64,000 nt of DNA from an uncultured virus (IMG/VR IMGVR_UViG_3300017721_001070) (lineage: Duplodnaviria > Heunggongvirae > Uroviricota > Caudoviricetes > Kyanoviridae). Positions within the stretch are counted from its first letter, which is position 1, and each line of letters starts with the position of its first letter. Positions 34,795 through 44,790 of this stretch are shown here, in pieces. The stretch lies in IMG/VR virus record IMGVR_UViG_3300017721_001070; one strand, 5' to 3'. The position numbers and the translations under genes are program-made. The notes under the pieces were generated by a model. The model searched no databases, was not told the origin of the DNA, and saw nothing but the letters and a program-made list of their open reading frames with translations.

Positions 34795-36975
34795 TTAAAC
34801 GTTTCCGATGATTTCTTCAAAGGAAACACCCGTGCGGGTAGCGACAAAGGTGAGACCGACAAAGTTAATAGAGCGAGCAGGTTTGACAAAGATATCAGCA
34901 ACAAACTCATTACGATCAATAACAGCAGCTGTGTTATTGGTCTCATCACAACGAACTACAAACTCTTCAACGCCACGATTAGACTGAACTTCACGTAGGA
35001 AAGGTTCAACCGCATTTACAAAGTTGCTTCTAGTGATCTCGTCGTTGAATTCAAAGAGTTGATCTCTAGCAACTGAGGAGATTGCTTTCTCTAGATAGAG
35101 GAACAATCTACGAACATTGATTCTGTCGAATGCAGAAGCCTTAGCAAGACCAGTCTTGTCACCGTATAGAATAATACCAGAACCAGGGATAAAGGTTACA
35201 GGGTTGATTCTATTGCTATATAGACGATCTCTCTGTGACTTAGATGGATTGTAAGGTAACTTGATTGCATTTAGAATTGCACCTCTTGTAGTTCCAGCAG
35301 GAGAGAACCAAGGGAATGCGTTAATATCAGTTCTAGCGCAAGTACCAGCAACGTCACCATTTAGGGGAACATATCGGAACTTATCAGAGAAGCGATCATA
35401 AGTGTACTTATAACCACTATCGAAGACTGCGAAAGAACTTGATGTGATTGAAGAAAAGTGACCAATTACATTATCTGTAATTGTCTCTGCGGATCTTACC
35501 ACTGACTCAGTAGCATTGTCAGTGAAGATTGCACCCCTATAAGGTGAGATGAATGCAATAGAATCCTTTCTTCTTGATGCAATATCAATTGCTTTTAGAG
35601 CGACAGCCTGGGCAGCCTCTTTGGTATAGTTTCCAGATCCTTGTAGAATAAAGTCAATGGTGTATTCATCAGGATTTTCTAGAGTCTCATAACCAGCACT
35701 TAGGTTAGATACTGACGCAGATAAAGCACCAGTCGAATCAATACTGTCTTTACTATTATAATCCTTACCATCTGCTAAGGTGTAAGTACTGTTTCCATTT
35801 GCGGCAAATGCAATTCCTTTAGCAGCCTGGTCCCAGTCAACATCACTTTGCTTGACAAATCCGTTTCCTACTGCGCTACCAGTCTTGAAGTCGGTAACTA
35901 CAGATCCATCAGGTTCTCCACCAGCAAAGATATATCCAGAACTTGACTTGATATATTCTCTCCAATAAGAGATGGATCCATTTGCAAACGCTGCATCTGT
36001 TGCCTTAGAAAGGTTTAGATGCTTCTCTATAATTGATCCAGGATTTCCAGTGATGTCACCATCGTCATCGATAACAACAACGTGAACTTCATCAAATCTT
36101 GAGTCTCTTCCTTCTGCATATGCAGAAGTTCCAGGACGTGGTGCAAGTGAGTTCCAATTGATATTGTCGCCAGTTAGGACGATTTCCTGAGAATCAAACC
36201 AATCAGTAGGAGTGAGGCCTGTTGTTACAGTTAGAATACCAACACCACTATTGTTGATGATTTGAGTATTAACTGCATCCGTTGCACCAAATCTGTAGAT
36301 TCCGTTTTCCTGATAATCTTTCTGAGTGATTACTCCAGCAGCAGAAACATGCTGTACAAACTTGACACTAATCTCACTGGATCCTACAGAGGTTACAACA
36401 CCTTTGAAATATCCATCTAGAACTGAAGTGGATCCAGCTCCAGCGACTATTGTTCCATCAGCTACAGTTTGAGTAATACCAAATCCAACTGAAATTGCAG
36501 CGGTGGCAAGACCAGTAATTACTTGATCGGCATATCCATCAATAACTGCAACTTTGATTCCGTTGCCCCAAGTACCTGGGTTTCTTGCTGCTATGGTAAC
36601 ATTTTGAATGGTATTTTCATCATAACCTAGTTGGTTATAATGATCCAAACTCTTAATTTTTGGTGCTGTCGATCCAAGTCCAACGTATGCGTTTTTGAGT
36701 GAAGAATTATCTGCTCTAACTACGCGGAGTGAACCACCGTAAGATAGGAAAGATGATGCAACCATCCAGTGCTCATAATGCCTATCTGTGCTATATGACT
36801 TACCAAAATTTGCCAGTAGATCTGATTCATTCTCAACCAATGTTGGAACTTCTACTGGACCCTGGCTAAATGGTGCTACAACAGCAGCCACTTTATCGGA
36901 GGTAGGGTCAACTCTACCTAAAGTGAGGTCAACCTCCCTTACAACAATACCAGGAGATGCTAAATTGAGCGGCAT
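34795..36975 (-). CDS. gp18: Tail sheath protein gp18
   Basis: SPGIVVREVDLT, PWFSPAG, FDRINVRRLF, KPARSINF. Confidence 0.98.
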   Translation of the reverse strand: MPLNLASPGIVVREVDLTLGRVDPTSDKVAAVVAPFSQGPVEVPTLVENESDLLANFGKSYSTDRHYEHWMVASSFLSYGGSLRVVRADNSSLKNAYVGLGSTAPKIKSLDHYNQLGYDENTIQNVTIAARNPGTWGNGIKVAVIDGYADQVITGLATAAISVGFGITQTVADGTIVAGAGSTSVLDGYFKGVVTSVGSSEISVKFVQHVSAAGVITQKDYQENGIYRFGATDAVNTQIINNSGVGILTVTTGLTPTDWFDSQEIVLTGDNINWNSLAPRPGTSAYAEGRDSRFDEVHVVVIDDDGDITGNPGSIIEKHLNLSKATDAAFANGSISYWREYIKSSSGYIFAGGEPDGSVVTDFKTGSAVGNGFVKQSDVDWDQAAKGIAFAANGNSTYTLADGKDYNSKDSIDSTGALSASVSNLSAGYETLENPDEYTIDFILQGSGNYTKEAAQAVALKAIDIASRRKDSIAFISPYRGAIFTDNATESVVRSAETITDNVIGHFSSITSSSFAVFDSGYKYTYDRFSDKFRYVPLNGDVAGTCARTDINAFPWFSPAGTTRGAILNAIKLPYNPSKSQRDRLYSNRINPVTFIPGSGIILYGDKTGLAKASAFDRINVRRLFLYLEKAISSVARDQLFEFNDEITRSNFVNAVEPFLREVQSNRGVEEFVVRCDETNNTAAVIDRNEFVADIFVKPARSINFVGLTFVATRTGVSFEEIIGNV

Positions 36976-37011
36976 CTTTCTCTCCTACGGGGTACAAAAT
37001 TAATCTAAAGT

Positions 37012-37017
37012 TATTTA
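37012..37017 (-). promoter_or_regulatory. Late promoter core TAAATA (gp18)
   Basis: AATAAATA 37 nt upstream of gp18; similar cores at 34194, 32518, 28502, 27337, 21521 and 44595. Confidence 0.7.
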
Positions 37018-37057
37018 TTGTTTAGAGTGTTTTGACTGGGGAAACACTAAGTGAACA

Positions 37058-37285
37058 CTACCAATCTGGATATTTCCAGTGGTTACTAGTAGTTTTACGT
37101 CTTGATTTCGTTATTCTTCCTATTGTACAATCTTTACATTCATATGAATATGATGAAGGAATTTCCCCTCTATCTCTTCTTGTCAAATAAAACCCATCAA
37201 TAAGATCTTTGGTTTTTCCACATATTCTACATTTTCTCTCTTTAAAAAGTAGGTGCTCTAAAGATACCTGCTCATCAAAGTCCAT
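37058..37285 (-). CDS. Small zinc-finger-like hypothetical protein
   Basis: CRIC...FY...YECKDC. Confidence 0.8.
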   Translation of the reverse strand: MDFDEQVSLEHLLFKERKCRICGKTKDLIDGFYLTRRDRGEIPSSYSYECKDCTIGRITKSRRKTTSNHWKYPDW

Positions 37286-38931
37286 TATCTATAATCCCAC
37301 ATGTATGATTGATCACCATACTCATCTGTATGCCATCTATCACCATTACCATCTACAAAACTTTCACTATCAAGTCCATCTGAAATAAATCCAAATGGGG
37401 CCATGTCTTGCTCAATTTGATTTTTTTGTTCTTCATATATTCTCTTACGAACATCATTATCCGTCATTTCTTTAAAGTAATCTTGTGCAACTAACCAAGA
37501 AAAAATTACCAGGCACATTGCCAAGTCGTCATTACAACCTTCTTCAGCTTCAAATGATTGCCTCTTTTGCACAAAAGTCGTAAGTTCTGATATGATTTCA
37601 TAATCACTAGTGACTAACTTATCATCTTCTATAAGTGTTTTCAAATTAGAGCAACCTAATTTTTTAACTGCGGATGTCATCCTGACACCAAGTTGAGATT
37701 TTTTCCCCGAAAATCCAGAACCAACAACCTGTCCAGCCCTACCTCTCATAGCACACATGAGCATATTCTCATACTCAAGATCAAAATATAAAATAGATCC
37801 CACCTGATCTCCAATATCATTAACCTCAATTAATACCCAGGTATTATTATATCCATCAGCAACTTGTTTAATAATGCTTGGGAAAAGCATTGGTTTTATC
37901 TCATTGTTTCTATATTTTGCTACTACTCTGTACGGAAACTCTGTAATATCAAAAACAATGAATGCTGAATAGTCATGCTCAATTCCTCTGGCAACGTCAA
38001 CCGTCATCATATAATTATGATCCTTTATCGGATTTTCGTATATATCTAATCCTTTATTTCTTTTTATTGGATCATCATATACTAAATTTCTTAGTTTAGA
38101 TACATCAATAAGAGTATCAACAGAGCCTAGAAATTCACACTCAAACTCAACCTTAAACTGGGATTCCGATGTGTTTGCGATAGTTTGAGATTTCCACTTA
38201 GAATTCCTTCCAGGAACCTCAGACCAATGAACTGCAGTTGGAATATATTCATTCTTCTTTCTTTCTGCATCATGCCACATACGGTAAAAATGATTCATAC
38301 CGTGTGGGGTGGAGACGATAATTACTTTTGTATTTTTACCAGATGAGATAGTAGGATAAACAGAGGCAAAGAACGCATCAGCAATATGATTTGGGATGAA
38401 AGCGAACTCGTCAAGAAAGATGATATTATAGGACCCGCCACGGACAGCAGATGCAGATGTAGATGCGGCGATAATTTTAGATCCATTCTCCAACTCTAAT
38501 GATTGTTTGTTCCAAGAAACAATACCCTGTTGCATCCACTTGGGTAAATTTTCATATGCAAGTTGCAATCTTCCAAGAAGATCTTTCGCAGTAGCTGCTT
38601 TGTTTGCTAGGATAGCAATATTGACATTATCATTAAAGACTGCATAATGTAATAGATACGAAACCACAGTAGTAGACTTACCAGTCTGACGTGGCATCTT
38701 ACAGATGTTGAATCTATTCTTATGAAAGTTTTTTACAAGTTTCTCTTGAAACTTATACATTTTAAATGGTACAAGACCTTCATCTAGAGATACAATTTGA
38801 ATATAATTTTTAGCAAAATATACGGGGTCTTCTTTGCACTTCAAAAATTCACGAATATCATCTTCACTAAATTCTATTTTCGTATTGGCTTTCTTTAGAT
38901 TTGGATTACCAAGATAAATGCTTTCACTCAT
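37285..38931 (-). CDS. gp17: Terminase large subunit gp17
   Basis: PRQTGKST, IFLDEFAF, STPHG, DVARG..DYS, DDLAM. Confidence 0.98.
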   Translation of the reverse strand: MSESIYLGNPNLKKANTKIEFSEDDIREFLKCKEDPVYFAKNYIQIVSLDEGLVPFKMYKFQEKLVKNFHKNRFNICKMPRQTGKSTTVVSYLLHYAVFNDNVNIAILANKAATAKDLLGRLQLAYENLPKWMQQGIVSWNKQSLELENGSKIIAASTSASAVRGGSYNIIFLDEFAFIPNHIADAFFASVYPTISSGKNTKVIIVSTPHGMNHFYRMWHDAERKKNEYIPTAVHWSEVPGRNSKWKSQTIANTSESQFKVEFECEFLGSVDTLIDVSKLRNLVYDDPIKRNKGLDIYENPIKDHNYMMTVDVARGIEHDYSAFIVFDITEFPYRVVAKYRNNEIKPMLFPSIIKQVADGYNNTWVLIEVNDIGDQVGSILYFDLEYENMLMCAMRGRAGQVVGSGFSGKKSQLGVRMTSAVKKLGCSNLKTLIEDDKLVTSDYEIISELTTFVQKRQSFEAEEGCNDDLAMCLVIFSWLVAQDYFKEMTDNDVRKRIYEEQKNQIEQDMAPFGFISDGLDSESFVDGNGDRWHTDEYGDQSYMWDYR

Positions 38932-38943
38932 AATTAAAAAAAA

Positions 38944-39228
38944 TTAGCCTTGATATACTACCGATGTTGCGTATACATCTGATGCAGAAGAATAGATCAA
39001 ATCCGTCCTACTTTTATGTATGATAATTGGGTCATTACTAGACATATGCATACTTCCATATGTGACACCAGCACCTGTTCTTACTTCAACCATACGATCC
39101 GATGAATGACTGTGCTGGATCATTGCATATTCTGCACCAACACTACCGTATGTAGCTGATGCTGGAACTGTACTTCCAGAACCAGCATTTACTTGTACAG
39201 ATTCTCCTAAAAGTTTTACTACTAACAT
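38944..39228 (-). CDS. Small beta-rich hypothetical protein (paralog-like to 32047..32313)
   Basis: 94-aa ORF sharing the LG...GSM.M...K..D.I.....DV..T.V pattern. Confidence 0.75.
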   Translation of the reverse strand: MLVVKLLGESVQVNAGSGSTVPASATYGSVGAEYAMIQHSHSSDRMVEVRTGAGVTYGSMHMSSNDPIIIHKSRTDLIYSSASDVYATSVVYQG

Positions 39229-39229
39229 A

Positions 39230-40528
39230 TCAGCAATTCCAAGCTCTTAGGGACTTATTGATTCTGCTATCGGGATCTCTAGCAGTTTTGGCAGAAGTGA
39301 GTTTAGACTTCATACCTTTCATTCTTGCACAGAATGATGCTCTTCTCTTATTACCTTTCTTTTTAGAAGGTGCTTTCAAATCAGAACCAGGATTCTCTGC
39401 TTCATAAGACTTACGTCCTTTTTCATTGAGACCACCTTCTTTGTTCTTACCAGACTTCCTAGTCCATGCAGCAGACTTCTCTTCAATAGTCTCACCTTCA
39501 GGATCGAAAGATTCTCCCCGTGCTTTCTTTCGTGCTTTCTCTAATGCAGCATTTCTATTTCGGAATCCAGATGCTACACCCTGAAGAGTTGGTTTACCAA
39601 CAGCTTTATCACTATGATTTTCTTTACTTGTAGCTTTCTTTGCTCTACTCATGATAGAAGCAACACCACCAACTAATGCAGCACCTGCTAATGCACCAGT
39701 AACAAGACCCTCTTCTACATCGGATTTGTCCTCACCTATTTTGAATGTCATTGGAGGATTACCAGCATAAGTGATTTTACCTTTTGTTTTAGTGTTATGA
39801 ACATTAGGTGCTTGGAACTTTCTAGGTTCAAAATTACGCTGCCCCTGAGTTCTTACTTCATCCGCAGTTTGACCTTTTTGGTCCATTGCAGCATATCCAC
39901 CACCAGCTCTAAATTCTTTATTTGATTTTCTATCAGCAAATCTCCTTTTAATATCAGATTTAGTTTCAGCAGAAACTTCTGCAATGAAGTTACCAAAAGA
40001 TTTAGCACCTTCTACATGAACAACTGGTTTATCTTCTTCTCTTTCTCTTTCAAAATAGTTGATTAGTACAGATTCGGGGAAAATTTTATTGAGTTGTGTT
40101 TTCACATCTTGTCTAGATGGTCTCTTTGCTGTTGGAAAGAAAAAGTCTAGAGACTTATATTGTCCCCTAAAAGTAAAAAATACTTTGTAGTTTTTACCTA
40201 AACGTTGAAATCTTTCATATGCTTCTTCCATTTTCTGATCCTGTTTAGTTGATTTAGTGATTTTATTGGAAACCATTTTAGGTTTACCACCTTTACCTTC
40301 TCTATCTGCTACTGGATCTTTGTCCCTCTTTCTTCTCACCGCTGCAGCGATCTTCTCCTTACCCATTTTTGATGCCTTTTCTTTTGAAAGGCATTTGGGT
40401 TTAGGTTCTCCAGGTTCACGGGCACACTTACCAATACGTTCGCCTTTAGTGTTATAACGGTCCCAACCGCCACCTTCAGCTCCACCTTTTTTGCCTTTAC
40501 CAAACCAGTCTCGAAGATCCTCGTTCAT
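39230..40528 (-). CDS. Basic modular protein (DUF5872-like N-terminus, DUF6321-like C-terminus), probable internal head protein
   Basis: LRDWF..GWDR..KPKCL; RRASFCARM..SRINKSLRAWNC; xxE linkers. Confidence 0.75.
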   Translation of the reverse strand: MNEDLRDWFGKGKKGGAEGGGWDRYNTKGERIGKCAREPGEPKPKCLSKEKASKMGKEKIAAAVRRKRDKDPVADREGKGGKPKMVSNKITKSTKQDQKMEEAYERFQRLGKNYKVFFTFRGQYKSLDFFFPTAKRPSRQDVKTQLNKIFPESVLINYFEREREEDKPVVHVEGAKSFGNFIAEVSAETKSDIKRRFADRKSNKEFRAGGGYAAMDQKGQTADEVRTQGQRNFEPRKFQAPNVHNTKTKGKITYAGNPPMTFKIGEDKSDVEEGLVTGALAGAALVGGVASIMSRAKKATSKENHSDKAVGKPTLQGVASGFRNRNAALEKARKKARGESFDPEGETIEEKSAAWTRKSGKNKEGGLNEKGRKSYEAENPGSDLKAPSKKKGNKRRASFCARMKGMKSKLTSAKTARDPDSRINKSLRAWNC

Positions 40529-40932
40529 TTTTGTTTCTTTAAAAATTTAGATAAATCTGCAGTAGAACCAACAAAAAGTGCATTATTAGTAACAGACTTT
40601 GGTCCCTCTTCATCCTTATTTAGTTCCTTCATTTTTTTCTGAAGATCTATCAATTTATCTGTGGCATCAGAAACGTTTTTAATTAATTGTCCCGCAACTT
40701 CATAAGCTCTTGGCGAATCGGATTGTTGAGCAAGTTCCATGATTCCATCAAGACTTTCCTGACCCTTTTCAATAACTGAATACAAGTTTCCTCTTGTATA
40801 CTCATAGTCCTTTTTAATCTGATCATCAGAATCTGTTCTGACTGGTTTTTCCACGACAGATTCTGATGGCGTGACATTAATGATATCAGTCTCTGTATTC
40901 AGAGCCTCGCTAATTTCATCGAATTTTTTCAT
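40525..40932 (-). CDS. gp16: Terminase small subunit gp16
   Basis: DYEYTRGNL, PRAYEVAGQLIK, NNALFVGSTADL. Confidence 0.95.
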   Translation of the reverse strand: MKKFDEISEALNTETDIINVTPSESVVEKPVRTDSDDQIKKDYEYTRGNLYSVIEKGQESLDGIMELAQQSDSPRAYEVAGQLIKNVSDATDKLIDLQKKMKELNKDEEGPKSVTNNALFVGSTADLSKFLKKQK

Positions 40933-40939
40933 GGGTTAA

Positions 40940-41770
40940 TTAGGTGTCAGTTCCCTTAGTTGGATTGTATGATTTGGAGTCTGAGAAAAACTCTGTTGTC
41001 TCAGTAAAACCAAAATCATCTCCAGGTTCAGCTGTGATTGGATCTGGAACCGCAGTATATCTAACTTCTCTTTTAGCACTCTCCCTTTCGGTCCCATTAT
41101 GATAATCAACTTGAACCTTACGGATTAGACCGTCACTACTATCAGAAATAGGACCAAACAGATACGTATGTGCTGTAAAGTTTAATGTATAAAGTAAAAC
41201 TCTTCTTTGCTCAAAATTACCCTCATATTCATCTTGCATCTGAATATTATTAAGAGTAATTGGAATATCTCTTTTTTCTCCAATAGATTTAACCAAATCC
41301 ACTGTTACTTTAAAAGTTGGTTGAAAGTATGGTAGAATTTGTTCGATAATTTGTAATGCATCATCATTTAATTTTGTCATGATAGACAACTGAAACTCTA
41401 CATTATATGGTACTGGATAAAATACTTTTTTTATATTATCCCCATCAACTGCTTTAAATGTTTTTGTAATTCCAGACTTTCTTGAAGAATCATATGATAC
41501 CCCTGTCATCTCAAATGACATTCTTGGCAATGTCATTGCAATAGCTCTGTCAGGATCGTTACCCAACTGCTCAAGTCTAGCTAAAAACTTTTGTTGTGGT
41601 CCATATGCTAAAGGAACTTTAATATCACTAATTACATTTTCATCTACAACTCCAGTATTGGTCCCCACTGCTTCAATTCCAGCATGTTTAATATGAATAT
41701 CATTAAACAATGTGCCGAAAGATATAATAGTCTTTCTCAGTATTTCATGATAGTAATAAGTTCCTAACAT
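40940..41770 (-). CDS. gp15: Tail sheath stabilizer / terminator gp15
   Basis: FGTLFNDI, VPLAYGP..KF, LPRMSFE, QIIEQILPYFQP. Confidence 0.95.
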   Translation of the reverse strand: MLGTYYYHEILRKTIISFGTLFNDIHIKHAGIEAVGTNTGVVDENVISDIKVPLAYGPQQKFLARLEQLGNDPDRAIAMTLPRMSFEMTGVSYDSSRKSGITKTFKAVDGDNIKKVFYPVPYNVEFQLSIMTKLNDDALQIIEQILPYFQPTFKVTVDLVKSIGEKRDIPITLNNIQMQDEYEGNFEQRRVLLYTLNFTAHTYLFGPISDSSDGLIRKVQVDYHNGTERESAKREVRYTAVPDPITAEPGDDFGFTETTEFFSDSKSYNPTKGTDT

Positions 41771-43173
41771 CAGTATCCTCCAAAGGGATTATATTCTGTA
41801 AAATCCAATATGCTGTCTGCTTCTAGTTCAATTTCTTCATTTTGCGAATAGGCAATTTCATTACTGGGTTCTACATCATGAGAACTTATTGTCCATGATG
41901 CACCAGACTCGTCACCAGTGATGCTCTCACCAGGCGTGAAGCTTCCACTATTTATGTAAACATTTAAGAATAGATCATCTTTATCAAAGTTCTTAACTCT
42001 TGCAGTAGATCCAGATAGGGATCCTGTAATAGTTTCTCCTGCAATAAATGTTCCAATACCAATAGAGGTTGGCGGTTGAACTGTCACACTTGGGAGTGAT
42101 ACATATCCCTCACCAGCTTCACTCATTCTATAATTAGTTGTAGATCCACCAGCACCGACAGATGCTGTTGCTACAGCGGTTGTTCCTGAAACAGGACCAC
42201 TTATAGTAATTATTGGAACAGAACTGTAACCATATCCAACAAGTGCTGGAATAAAACTAGTGTCTAAACCAACACTACGAACAACACCATCACCAATTAT
42301 TGCCGTTGCTGCAGCTCCTACTCCACCACCACCTGTTATGGTTATAGTGGGAGATTGAGTGTATCCTGAACCAGCGTTGGTAATAAAAATTTCTTTAATT
42401 GCTTGTGCATCACCAACAGAAGTTGTAATTGCAACAGCAGTTGCATTTTTGCCACCACTTGGGGATGTGGAAATAGATACTACTGGTGTTGAACTGTAAT
42501 CATATCCTTGATTTATTAGATCAATACTTCTAACACCACCATCTACAATTTCACTAGCACTTGCTATAGCAGTAGCACCAACTCCAGTTAAAATTAGTTG
42601 TGTGATATAACCTTCATTAATAACTGTATTATCAATCTCATTAACAGAGGTATTGATAATTTCATCTTCGAGTTGAAAGAGTTCGCATGACAACTCAAAT
42701 ACGTAATTCTTACCTAACTGAAAAAATGGTTTTTCGTGCTCTACGAATTTAATCTCAAAAAATCTTTGACCTAATGGGAAGTAAATTAAATCACCCTCTC
42801 TTGGTCTTTGTGTTACTTCAATCTCAGAGTCCTTGAAAGTATTGAGATCTTCTAAAAATGGTTCAATGAATAACTCAAATCTTTCTTGTGAAATAATTAA
42901 ATTTACCTCATTCTTCATCTGAATGCCAAATTTTGACATAATTTCGGAGTCTTTTCCATAACCCTCAAAATTATTCAAGTAAGCTTCAATGACAAAGTTA
43001 TCATCAAATTTGGATAAGATGACTTCTCTAGAAAGTTTCTCTCTACCTAAAATTTTTCTGGGCAAGTAATAAACATCTATCCCATACATTTTTAGATGTT
43101 CGTTAATAAGATCCTGCAGCAAGTATTGCTCGTGCTGTGAACCCTGCAAAAAGAATGGATTGAGAGGTGCCAT
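41770..43173 (-). CDS. gp14: Neck protein gp14 with an inserted repeat region
   Basis: YGIDVYYLPR, SKFGI, RPREGDLIYFP, DFTEYNPFG. Confidence 0.93.
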   Translation of the reverse strand: MAPLNPFFLQGSQHEQYLLQDLINEHLKMYGIDVYYLPRKILGREKLSREVILSKFDDNFVIEAYLNNFEGYGKDSEIMSKFGIQMKNEVNLIISQERFELFIEPFLEDLNTFKDSEIEVTQRPREGDLIYFPLGQRFFEIKFVEHEKPFFQLGKNYVFELSCELFQLEDEIINTSVNEIDNTVINEGYITQLILTGVGATAIASASEIVDGGVRSIDLINQGYDYSSTPVVSISTSPSGGKNATAVAITTSVGDAQAIKEIFITNAGSGYTQSPTITITGGGGVGAAATAIIGDGVVRSVGLDTSFIPALVGYGYSSVPIITISGPVSGTTAVATASVGAGGSTTNYRMSEAGEGYVSLPSVTVQPPTSIGIGTFIAGETITGSLSGSTARVKNFDKDDLFLNVYINSGSFTPGESITGDESGASWTISSHDVEPSNEIAYSQNEEIELEADSILDFTEYNPFGGY

Positions 43174-43174
43174 A

Positions 43175-44014
43175 TTATCCTATTTGATCCATTGGTGGCA
43201 ATTCATAAGTTGATTGCATCGCTTGCTCAATTTGAGCCATCTCTGAAGCACCATCTTCATAATACTGTCTACCGTTCAGTTCAATTCCTCCAGGTAGTTT
43301 AGCACCTTGGAATTTCATCATGTTAGCTCCCCACTGTCTCTTGATCATTGAAGTAAGGTATCTTTTCAACCAACTATCATTATACATTTTGGGGAAATCG
43401 TTAGGATTTAAAGCACGTTCACAATCGATGACAATATAGTTATCTTTGTTTTGAGCTGCCCAATCCAAATCGAGATATAATCTCCCCTGCCTTTGATTAA
43501 ATCTTAGTTGCTTATCTGTTGTTAAAAGCATGTCGATATCTTCAAGATATCTTTTAGTCATTGAATAATGGAGAAGATCTACACTACTAAAATAATATAG
43601 ATCATTTAAAAATAATTGATATTTGATACTGAACATGCCACCAGATATGGCATTACTATCAAACTTAAATACTTTATTGATTGCCAAGACATGATCTGGC
43701 AACTTTATATAATTACCATTCTCTTCAAACTGGAATTCTGTTGTATTACCTACAGATTCAGATACTGTAGTTGTTGTGATACCAGTAGAACCTCCATTTC
43801 CAGGGCCCTTTCCCCTATTAATATCATCTTCAGTAATTTTGTACTTGAGGTACATCCTTTCAGAACCATCATAGTGACGTTCTTGAAAATATTGAATAGC
43901 ATCATCTACAAGATCAGAAACCTGATCATCATCAACGTTAATTTCTAGTACTGGGGCACCTAATCTTCTAAAGCAATGATCAATAAGTCCTTGCCTGGTT
44001 GTTGGTGATGCCAT
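43175..44014 (-). CDS. gp13: Neck protein gp13
   Basis: RRLGAPVLEINV, KRQWGANM.KF...LPGGIELNG. Confidence 0.95.
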   Translation of the reverse strand: MASPTTRQGLIDHCFRRLGAPVLEINVDDDQVSDLVDDAIQYFQERHYDGSERMYLKYKITEDDINRGKGPGNGGSTGITTTTVSESVGNTTEFQFEENGNYIKLPDHVLAINKVFKFDSNAISGGMFSIKYQLFLNDLYYFSSVDLLHYSMTKRYLEDIDMLLTTDKQLRFNQRQGRLYLDLDWAAQNKDNYIVIDCERALNPNDFPKMYNDSWLKRYLTSMIKRQWGANMMKFQGAKLPGGIELNGRQYYEDGASEMAQIEQAMQSTYELPPMDQIG

Positions 44015-44232
44015 TAGAATGAACCTCCATCAATTGTCAATCCAGCTTCAAGTAAGTTGTTTTTAGCTGTCCACTTTTGGGTAACTTCTTCATAAACTAA
44101 AAGACCACCGTCATGTTGACCATTTGCTAATAGGTCAACATCATCCAACCTCGCAAAAGAATTTACACGGTCTGACTGTGTAATTCTGATTGCATTTGAT
44201 TGACCAACTCTAACTCTTACTGCGTCAGACAT
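44014..44232 (-). CDS. Small virion-associated hypothetical protein
   Basis: LDDVD..GGLLVY...KW, C-terminal IDGGSF, typical of fibre-associated proteins. Confidence 0.75.
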   Translation of the reverse strand: MSDAVRVRVGQSNAIRITQSDRVNSFARLDDVDLLANGQHDGGLLVYEEVTQKWTAKNNLLEAGLTIDGGSF

Positions 44233-44567
44233 TACCTTGTTACTCCTGCTCTTACTAGTGCGGAACCTTCAACCAACCTAACGGTTTCTGATGGATCAGT
44301 CACTGTAACATCATAAACATATCTTCCAGGTTTGATATTTGAAGTTTCTGAAGGTTCTAGACTCAACCTTACTTCACCAAAAAGTCCATTTGAAACAGTT
44401 GCAGCAAATGAAACTGCAGTTGAACTGCTATGAGTTTTTCTCAGTTGTGCAGATGCTGCATATCCAACCAAATTTAATGCATCACCAGTAGCTGCTGATT
44501 CAATATCAAACTTAACATTAAAGTCCGATCCCTGATTAATAATAACATTGTGTACGTATACTGCCAT
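44232..44567 (-). CDS. Small Ig-like virion hypothetical protein
   Basis: INQGSDF, AQLRK, GRYVYDV, RLVEG. Confidence 0.8.
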   Translation of the reverse strand: MAVYVHNVIINQGSDFNVKFDIESAATGDALNLVGYAASAQLRKTHSSSTAVSFAATVSNGLFGEVRLSLEPSETSNIKPGRYVYDVTVTDPSETVRLVEGSALVRAGVTR

Positions 44568-44586
44568 CTACCAGACTCTATACGGC

Positions 44587-44790
44587 TTATGACTTATTTA
44601 TGAGAATATTAAGTAAAGACTTGATTTCTACTATCTCGTCCTTAAGATTTTGAATCTCATTCTTAGATGATTCCCTATTTTTCTTCGCTTTGATATAATT
44701 TTCATATGCTGCATTATTTGTATTAATGACAGCATTAGAATCAGAATCCCGACATAAATCGGGATCACCATCAATCTTTATATTTTTCAT
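44587..44790 (-). CDS. Small coiled-coil hypothetical protein
   Basis: L.RD..SNAVIN, IVEIKSLL. Confidence 0.8.
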   Translation of the reverse strand: MKNIKIDGDPDLCRDSDSNAVINTNNAAYENYIKAKKNRESSKNEIQNLKDEIVEIKSLLNILINKS

